Origin: Actinomycetota bacterium
Lineage (GTDB): Bacteria; Actinomycetota; Acidimicrobiia; Acidimicrobiales; MedAcidi-G1
Length of the DNA: 64,000 nt
Assembly (NCBI GenBank): GCA_902634555.1
Contig: CACPKO010000002.1
Span: forward strand, 1,185 to 65,184
Direction: 5' to 3'
The notes under the pieces: model-generated
Database searches by the model: none
Told to the model about the DNA's origin: nothing
Seen by the model: only the letters and a program-made list of their open reading frames with translations
Made by a program: the position numbers and the translations under genes
Part shown: positions 19,214-26,122 of the stretch, in pieces
Layout of the letters: every line of letters starts with the position of its first letter
Numbering within the stretch: position 1 is the first letter of the stretch

Positions 19214-20974
19214 TCACTCCTCAAAAGGGCTTAGAGTTGTTGGGATTCCTGCTGCTGCCAAGGCTTTATTCCACGACCCGAAACGGTTCGAAATGCCGCT
19301 AACTCCGGAGAATTCAGTTTCCTGCTGGGCAACAAAACCCTCATACATTGAAATCGAAAGTTGTCCTTGGTTGAGCTCCGTATAAGCGGTACGCAAAAAA
19401 CCAAGTAACTCCTCATTAGAGTACCTCTTACTACTACCGAAAGCGGAAGTTGGGATTCCTGCTGCTGCCAACGCTTTATTCCACGACCCGAAACGTTGAG
19501 AACAAGTTGCTGGTGAAGCCCAATTGTCTTTTTGACTTTCTGCGAAAAGACGGTAACGATCATATGTTAAACGCTCATTGTCTATGGAATTATCAGCGAT
19601 GCGAAGAAACTCAATCAGTTTCGCGTCGGTGAAATCCTTGCTTCTCCCGCCTGCTTCTTTTAACCAACTACCTGGTTCAAAAGTGGGGATATCGGCTAGT
19701 TCCAGAGCTGCTTGCCATGCGCCAAATTTTCTAATGACGCTTTGATGATGCACCCACGAAGACTGTTTTTCGTTAGGGTTTGGATTCATTTCCGCTCGAA
19801 AGCTCTCATACATGTCCATGGTGAGCTTTCCCTCATTTAGTTTTTCGTAGGCGTATTTTAGGTTTTCTAGTATTTCCTCATTCGTGACTCGGTATTGTGA
19901 TCTTTTAGAGCATTTGGGAAAATCGTCAGGTGTTAGATCGTAGAGAATATTTACCCAAGATTGCGGTATGGCAAAAAACTCTGCTGTTTTGAGTGTTGAT
20001 GCACTTTTTCGAAGATGATCTAATACTTCATTTGCGTTAATCCCTGTTCCATCACTGAAATCAATCTTCTTCTTCGTAAATCTCTCTTGTTTTTTATCAG
20101 CAGCAATTTCCTCTTTTCGGGCACGTTGCTTTTCTTTTCGAGCGTCGATTAATTCCGGCCAATATCTTGCGATTAGTTGGCGAACCCGTTCTCTGCTCAA
20201 CTCTCTCCCCCTAAATTCTCCAACCATTTCCCCTATTTCTCGTAACGAGTACCCTTCATCAGCAAGGCGATAGAGCTCAAGGGTCTCTGTAACTTTAGAT
20301 AGTTTTGTGTTTGTCATTTGGGAAATTTGTAACGGTTCATACCCTTGTGAAAGCAAATTAGGGAAGCCAGCTGGTGAAACTTTAACCCATTTCATCTCAG
20401 TAAGCTTGAGCCCACGTTCATCTAACTTATGTTGAACTTCTTGAAGTGATCTTCCACCGAAATTTGTAATTCTCATCAAACTTTTTTCACTTTGTTTGAG
20501 CAAATCTTCTTCGGTGTTAATCCCTACTCCTCTCAAACAAGTGGTCGTCCGAACAGAAAAGTTCCATTTCCCTAGATTGTTTTCCCAAAAAATACCGCCC
20601 CATTTTGAATAAGGCGTACTCGTAGTCTTCGTATTTCCAATACTCTTAGTCTTCGCATTTCCAAGTAGCTCTACATTCAATTCTTCTTCATTCATAGAAG
20701 AACCTTTTTCAGTGACCTCCCAAATAGATCTGCTTGGGTTACTCACAGCTCCGTGAAGCTTTAATTTTGTTCTAGCCCAAGCAAGGTCATATTCAAATTT
20801 TGTTCTTGAGTCGCCTGGATGTGGAGTAGGAATCTCAAGAAGCTCCTCGGATAGTTCTAAATATTGAGCCACAAATCTTTTTATCCCTTGTACATCGGCT
20901 GAGCCGTTATGTGATTTGAGAGCCAAAAGCGTCGGAAAACATAAACTATCCTGACTAGGCAATTTCTCTTCCAT
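19214..20974 (-). CDS. Multidomain DNA-binding protein: Mrr N-terminal wHTH + RNAP alpha-CTD + sigma70 region-4-like HTH + 3 HNH-associated repeats
   Basis: PTLLAL...FEYDLAWARTKLK..G.VSNPSRSIWEVTEKG (Mrr_N); FSVRTTTCLR..GINT..DL..SEKSLMRITNFGGRSLQEV (alpha-CTD); SLREIG..LSRERVRQL; three (R/K)FG(S/A)W..AL..A(G/D)I repeats. Confidence 0.8.
   Translation of the reverse strand: MEEKLPSQDSLCFPTLLALKSHNGSADVQGIKRFVAQYLELSEELLEIPTPHPGDSRTKFEYDLAWARTKLKLHGAVSNPSRSIWEVTEKGSSMNEEELNVELLGNAKTKSIGNTKTTSTPYSKWGGIFWENNLGKWNFSVRTTTCLRGVGINTEEDLLKQSEKSLMRITNFGGRSLQEVQHKLDERGLKLTEMKWVKVSPAGFPNLLSQGYEPLQISQMTNTKLSKVTETLELYRLADEGYSLREIGEMVGEFRGRELSRERVRQLIARYWPELIDARKEKQRARKEEIAADKKQERFTKKKIDFSDGTGINANEVLDHLRKSASTLKTAEFFAIPQSWVNILYDLTPDDFPKCSKRSQYRVTNEEILENLKYAYEKLNEGKLTMDMYESFRAEMNPNPNEKQSSWVHHQSVIRKFGAWQAALELADIPTFEPGSWLKEAGGRSKDFTDAKLIEFLRIADNSIDNERLTYDRYRLFAESQKDNWASPATCSQRFGSWNKALAAAGIPTSAFGSSKRYSNEELLGFLRTAYTELNQGQLSISMYEGFVAQQETEFSGVSGISNRFGSWNKALAAAGIPTTLSPFEE
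19239..19495. repeat. Intragenic 47-bp direct repeat (19239-19285 and 19449-19495, one mismatch)
   Basis: gttgggattcctgctgctgccaa(g/c)gctttattccacgacccgaaacg twice, 210 bp apart, encoding RFGSWNKALAAAGIPT. Confidence 0.9.
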
Positions 20975-21088
20975 TTATTCATTAAAGCAGAAACCAAAAA
21001 CTAATAATCAGAAAAAGTAATTAATTGACTCGCTTTTAGAAAATTTCACTAAGGAGTTTGTACTCCACTGATCAGTTATTAGGAAAAT

Positions 21089-21901
21089 TCAGTGATTTCG
21101 ACCAAGAAAACTTCGAATTTCTTCCAATTGTTCTTTCCGGAGCGCCTTATGTCGGTGATGTGACTCTGAAGCGTTGTAAATCCAATTATTGAAATCTTCC
21201 CTACGTGCGCCAATGAGGTTCTTTAAGGGAGTTTGCTGGACACGTATGGTGAAGAGAATCCATCCAGAAACATGAAGGGCCCGAAGAGTTTGGCGTTCAC
21301 TACGGACGAATAATTTCTCACCGATTTCACCACTTGCAATGACTGGATCGCCTTCTGTAGATCGGTTGGGTTGATGCAGTCTGCTATCCGAGTGAATGAA
21401 CCAGTTGCGACGCCAAACGGGGTCTTGACCGATCCGGTCAAAGAAGCCATCAACTTTTTTCTCCAAAAATTCCGGATAATCTTCTACCGGCCCATGAACT
21501 GCCGTCATGTTCTTACCAATTTTCTCACTTAATTTCCATAAAGATGGGAAACACAGAGATGCAGCTTCAAAAATCCAACCTCTAGATGAATGCTGGATTA
21601 AACATAGGTCCTCCTGAACTGACAAGCCTGCTCTTTCAAGTGGGTGCAGGTTGTTCTCAGGAATGAGATCTATGCCCGCTTGACTTATTAGAGAAAGTAC
21701 ACATTCGCTTGCTTCTTGGGTCCCTGGCTGTGTAAGAAAAACTTCTCTCTTAGGATCTTCAGAAAGTTTTGCTTTCAGGGCGAGTTCACTTTTCGTATGA
21801 TCGTCGAGAAATAACCATGGACGCTCACCAATTTTACGGACACCCATTGAAACCGGTGGTCCAGTTACCCCAAGATCTATTTCTTCAAGCCAATCAACCA
21901 T
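21089..21901 (-). CDS. DUF3445 / heme-dependent oxidative N-demethylase-family protein
   Basis: VQEDLCL, LCFPSLW...KIG, VHGPV, WRRNW, RSERQTL, LFTIR. Confidence 0.85.
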   Translation of the reverse strand: MVDWLEEIDLGVTGPPVSMGVRKIGERPWLFLDDHTKSELALKAKLSEDPKREVFLTQPGTQEASECVLSLISQAGIDLIPENNLHPLERAGLSVQEDLCLIQHSSRGWIFEAASLCFPSLWKLSEKIGKNMTAVHGPVEDYPEFLEKKVDGFFDRIGQDPVWRRNWFIHSDSRLHQPNRSTEGDPVIASGEIGEKLFVRSERQTLRALHVSGWILFTIRVQQTPLKNLIGARREDFNNWIYNASESHHRHKALRKEQLEEIRSFLGRNH

Positions 21902-21913
21902 CTTAAGAACTTA

Positions 21914-23740
21914 CTAGATGATCAATTCTTTCAAGTGAGTTCCTATTTCTGCGGCAAGTTTGACTGGCACGGCGTTACCTATTTGTGTGTATTTCGGGAG
22001 GTCACGTGTCCAATCCCCTTTGCTTGGATCACCGGCTCGCCGCCGACCTCCGGTTGTTCGGGGCCCAGCAAATTGGTACCAGTCTGGGAAGCCTTGGAGT
22101 CGGGCCCATTCTCGAACTGTTAGGGTTCGTGGTTGACTGAAATGAATCAGATCCTCGGTTCCTCCGGTAATGGTGATATTAGGCCCATTCTCATCCCATC
22201 GTTCCGGCAACGGCCGTTGGGCAAACTTTGCTTGATATTTCTTTTTTTCCTGAATTTTTCTCAAATTATGCAGTATCTTCTCCTGCTCTTCAGGTTTTAG
22301 ATTTTCCCAATTTTTTGAAGAACTTGTGCCAGAAATCTGTTTTTCTATCTCCTCTCTTAACGTCTTCGAAGGGTTCAATTCTTTGGCGATTTTTTCTATT
22401 TGAAACACAGTAGAAACTGGAAGGGGTTGAAAGTCAGATAGTTTCTTGCCTTTGAGAACATCTATTTCGTACTCTTTGTTTTCCTTAAGTTTGTCGAAAT
22501 TTTTCTTTATTTTCAATTTCTCTTTTTCACTGGCTTCAATCCATTTCTTGTGAGGTTCTACCCCCATATGGTTAATGACTTCCTGCTCAACCCTGTCAAG
22601 AATCTTGATGTATCGGATCTTTTCATTGGTGGAACTGAACTCATCACGCATCTCTTTCAACTCGTCTTTATTAAACAAAGGGGTGAAGTCATCGATGAAA
22701 CGCGCCTTAAGAGTCTCACTTTCGTTCTTATATTCGATGTAGCGCCGACAACGCTGATTAGCGAGTTCTTTCTGCTCGGATCCGAGAAGAGGTTTATTCG
22801 ACTTATGGAGCAGTTTGAATTTTCGGATAATTTTTGACGAATGCATAGAGTACTCATGTTCCGTTAAGGCGTCGCCTTTCTTAGCGACATCTCCTGTTCG
22901 GCTTTTCCGGCGTAAATCTTTTAAATGCTTATTATTTAAATCTGCTTCTTTGGGGTATTCGGTTGTAGAACTCACACCCAGATAATCATCATCTATGAGA
23001 TCCTCAAGCACGTCTATAGGGTCTGGCGCTTCTTTTGTCGTTGGCGGATAGAACGAATCCTTCGTATTTTCCTTTACCGAAATCGGCAGTTGTCCATGGA
23101 TATCTTCTCTGATGCCGATCATTATGACTCTCGGCCTGTTCTGTGGCACCCCATAATCTTTCGCTAAAAGTAGCTTCGATTGCACCACGTAGCGGAATGC
23201 CTCCTGATTCCCTGCAGGGACAGCTCTTATAGATGTGAATTCTTTTTTAACGTCTTCCCAGAATTCACCTGGCTTACCTTGAGCTGTTTTACGCGCTGAG
23301 AGAAGCCCTCGAACATTTTCAAAAATAAACGCTCTAGGAGCTAGCGCCTCAACGAATTTCGCCATGTCCTTATATAAATGGTTTGTTGGAATGGATTCTT
23401 TTTTTACGTTCAGTTCTTTGAAAGTGCTTCGATGCCCAATCCCGCTATATCCCTGACAGGGTGGACCACCGGAAATGACTCCGATATCACCAAACTCTTT
23501 GTGCAAACGTTTCCTTAGACCTTTCAATACTTTAGGATTTTGAGTTATTTCTAAAAGGTCGAAAGCATGATTCTTCTCATCTTTTAAATGAGGGAAGTTT
23601 TCCCGATTAATAAGAAAACTCTCCATAGCATGAGGATTTAATTCATTTACGAAAATAGTCTCAAATCCAGCTTGTTCAAGCCCCAGCGATAGACCTCCAC
23701 ACCCTGCGAAAAGGTCGATAGAGGTAGGGTTGTTAGTCAT
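21914..23740 (-). CDS. DNA (cytosine-5)-methyltransferase with large insertion
   Basis: Motif I DLFAGCGG, IV GGPPCQG, VI FENVRG, VIII PQNRPR, IX-X LTVREWARLQGFPD...YTQIGNAVP. Confidence 0.93.
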   Translation of the reverse strand: MTNNPTSIDLFAGCGGLSLGLEQAGFETIFVNELNPHAMESFLINRENFPHLKDEKNHAFDLLEITQNPKVLKGLRKRLHKEFGDIGVISGGPPCQGYSGIGHRSTFKELNVKKESIPTNHLYKDMAKFVEALAPRAFIFENVRGLLSARKTAQGKPGEFWEDVKKEFTSIRAVPAGNQEAFRYVVQSKLLLAKDYGVPQNRPRVIMIGIREDIHGQLPISVKENTKDSFYPPTTKEAPDPIDVLEDLIDDDYLGVSSTTEYPKEADLNNKHLKDLRRKSRTGDVAKKGDALTEHEYSMHSSKIIRKFKLLHKSNKPLLGSEQKELANQRCRRYIEYKNESETLKARFIDDFTPLFNKDELKEMRDEFSSTNEKIRYIKILDRVEQEVINHMGVEPHKKWIEASEKEKLKIKKNFDKLKENKEYEIDVLKGKKLSDFQPLPVSTVFQIEKIAKELNPSKTLREEIEKQISGTSSSKNWENLKPEEQEKILHNLRKIQEKKKYQAKFAQRPLPERWDENGPNITITGGTEDLIHFSQPRTLTVREWARLQGFPDWYQFAGPRTTGGRRRAGDPSKGDWTRDLPKYTQIGNAVPVKLAAEIGTHLKELII

Positions 23741-23830
23741 TTACACAGCTGCTTTAACTTCATTTGCACAATACTTTCTAGCATCCTCATGAGACAAAAT
23801 ACGTTTCTTTGAAGATGTCAATAAACGTTA

Positions 23831-24337
23831 TTAATCACTCGAGTTTGCAAATATTTTGACAAGACAATCCCAGTTTTCTTCCGTTGTTTCTACCGTATAT
23901 AGATTTACGGCAAGACAATGTTTGCCGTCCTGTGCTAGGCAAATCATTTCGCCACCTCTCCATATCTCCGGGAAGTAGGTCTTAAATTTGTAGATCCAAA
24001 AGCGTGGATCACCTAACCGTGGAGGTTGACGGTTAGTAGAGCGGTAAAGCGAGATCTTTGTTTCAGCCAAACCATGGCTACTTAAGACATACATAGGTAG
24101 CACTCTCTTATATTCTTGACCTTGTTCCTGTAAATCAAAATCATGGAATCCAGTCGATTTAAAACTTTCTACAATGGATCTATTGGCGTCAATGAGACCT
24201 TTGTCTAAGCCGCTTTCAGTTATTTGAAACTGGGATGTGCTGAGATTCGGATAAGCAGAGATCCACTGCAATACTTCACTCTCATTATCGAACAATTCTC
24301 GTTGAGATTTATGGCGTTTTTGAAACCCTGAAGACAT
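23831..24337 (-). CDS. Stand-alone N-terminal domain of MvaI/BcnI-family restriction endonucleases
   Basis: TESGLDKGLIDA, FHDF..QEQGQEYK, SLYR, GDPRFWIY resemble the N-terminal half of MvaI/BcnI-family proteins (recognised from memory); 168 aa, no catalytic half. Confidence 0.6.
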   Translation of the reverse strand: MSSGFQKRHKSQRELFDNESEVLQWISAYPNLSTSQFQITESGLDKGLIDANRSIVESFKSTGFHDFDLQEQGQEYKRVLPMYVLSSHGLAETKISLYRSTNRQPPRLGDPRFWIYKFKTYFPEIWRGGEMICLAQDGKHCLAVNLYTVETTEENWDCLVKIFANSSD

Positions 24338-24343
24338 TTTTCC

Positions 24344-26122
24344 TTACCGATGATCTGGGACAAGGTTTTCTGAGGGGAAGTTCAACCAAGCTTGGTTATC
24401 TTCGAGACCTTCCATTTCGGTAAAGTCATAATCTCCTAACCATTCTTTTAAGAATTGTTCCCCTGCGAGATCATTAGAATTAGCTCGTTTGAAAGAGACT
24501 TTAGATCCAATACTTATTGTTTCTGGTTCACCAGGTTTTGGTCCTTCGGTTAAGCCTTTTTGAAGATTTAATCCAGCGGCAAACCGTCTAACATCATGAA
24601 CGAAATCAAGAACGATGACTTTATCTTTCCCTTCAGAAATTCTTAAACCTCTACCCAATTGCTGAATAAAGATACGTCTACTGTGAGTAACTCTTTGAAA
24701 TACCACAAGGTTGACATCGGGAACATCAATCCCTTCATTCAGAACGTCAACAGCGCATAACACATCTAATCGGCCATCGGTGAAATCCCATATTCGTTTG
24801 TTGCGCTCAAAAGCGTTCAAACCTGGGCCTGAATGAATAGTTGTTGCCTTAGCGAAATCTAAAGCATTTATCTGCGTTGCAATTTTTTCAGCATGATTGA
24901 TTGTCCCACAAAAGACGATGGCTTTCGGAGAAGAGCCAGATTCTTTAATTTCTTTCCAAGCTTCTCGTACATGCTCTACAACCGCATCGTCCCACTCATC
25001 TATAAATAACGTTTTGTTAATCTGCTTCGGTGAGTAGTTCCCACCTTGTTGATCAGGTAACGCCTCCCAATCAATATTGTCGGTATACATTCGGTAGTCA
25101 ACTTGAGTTAGGAAACCTTGTCGCAAGCCATCGACCATGTCGACGCGAGCCACAGCATCTCCAAAGATCGGTTCGAGAGGAGCGCCGTCTGGCCTCCAAT
25201 CAGTAGCGGTAAGACCTATTAGAAATGGGCCCCAATCAGTTCCGATTTCAAGCCCTTCAAAAATTTGGTTGTAAGTAGCTGTACCTGCGTGATGACATTC
25301 ATCTATAAGGACAACATCAAAATTTCCTAGATCTGTACCACTTTCGATTAGCCCATGCAAAGTATCCCGTGAAGCAAAGACGAACGGAGCTTGTTTAAAT
25401 AAGTAAGGGTCCCATTGCTCCTCCCCATTTACAATGATGGTTGAATCTTCTGTTCTAAGAAATGGCCAAAACGCTCGTTCAAGTTGGAGAAGAAGCTGAT
25501 TTATATGAACGATAATCAGAATCCGTAGAGGTTTAGCTGCATTGTTGATGATGCGTCGTATAGCAGTAGCACCTACAAAAGTTTTTCCAAGACCTGTAGC
25601 CATTACCACTAACGCGCTTCCTGATTTATTGTCAAACCAACTTTGGACAACTCCTTGACATGCAGGCTCCTGATACGATTCACGGAGTTTGAAAAGTTCT
25701 GGGTTGTTTTCCGCGGGAGACTCATTTTTTAGATTCTTGTCAAAAGCTAAAAAAGTACTCATATCCCAGGCGAGAATGCTTTTAAAAGCATCATCTCTTA
25801 ATTGGTCTCGGAGATCTTTAGTGAATCCGGACTTACTCACTATGACGCCTTTATCGGCTTTGTACTCACGCATGGCAGTTACTGTTTCTGAAAGTACTTC
25901 TGGACCTACTGGTGCGTTCCAAGCTTTGGATTGAAAAACCCACTTTTGAATAGTTCCATCAGCTGTCTTAAGGCTTGCGATAACATCGGCTCCGCGATCA
26001 CCTGACCCGCCAACAACGTGAGCGTACTCCCACCCCTTTAAAGGCAACAAGCGTGCAAGTGTGCGTTCCCAGGCCTGCCAAGAACTAGCTTGCAAGGTGG
26101 TATCGGATAAGAACCTAGGCAT
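24344..26122 (-). CDS. Mrr-type restriction endonuclease fused to SF2 (ResIII/DEAD-like) helicase
   Basis: WQAWER..GGSGDRGADV..FQSK (Mrr_cat D-QxK); MATGLGKT, DECHH, GLTAT, NEGIDVP, QQLGRGLR. ATG 26122 overlaps the upstream stop. Confidence 0.9.
   Translation of the reverse strand: MPRFLSDTTLQASSWQAWERTLARLLPLKGWEYAHVVGGSGDRGADVIASLKTADGTIQKWVFQSKAWNAPVGPEVLSETVTAMREYKADKGVIVSKSGFTKDLRDQLRDDAFKSILAWDMSTFLAFDKNLKNESPAENNPELFKLRESYQEPACQGVVQSWFDNKSGSALVVMATGLGKTFVGATAIRRIINNAAKPLRILIIVHINQLLLQLERAFWPFLRTEDSTIIVNGEEQWDPYLFKQAPFVFASRDTLHGLIESGTDLGNFDVVLIDECHHAGTATYNQIFEGLEIGTDWGPFLIGLTATDWRPDGAPLEPIFGDAVARVDMVDGLRQGFLTQVDYRMYTDNIDWEALPDQQGGNYSPKQINKTLFIDEWDDAVVEHVREAWKEIKESGSSPKAIVFCGTINHAEKIATQINALDFAKATTIHSGPGLNAFERNKRIWDFTDGRLDVLCAVDVLNEGIDVPDVNLVVFQRVTHSRRIFIQQLGRGLRISEGKDKVIVLDFVHDVRRFAAGLNLQKGLTEGPKPGEPETISIGSKVSFKRANSNDLAGEQFLKEWLGDYDFTEMEGLEDNQAWLNFPSENLVPDHR

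Noticed and set aside
19239-19495. CRISPR-like repeat
   Set aside because: Only two copies, 210 bp apart and in frame within a protein repeat; no array or cas genes seen anywhere in the window.
22240-22800. Intein in the methyltransferase (also considered for nrdJ and recA)
   Set aside because: No HN-(C/S/T) splice junction or LAGLIDADG motifs; nrdJ and recA are of normal length.
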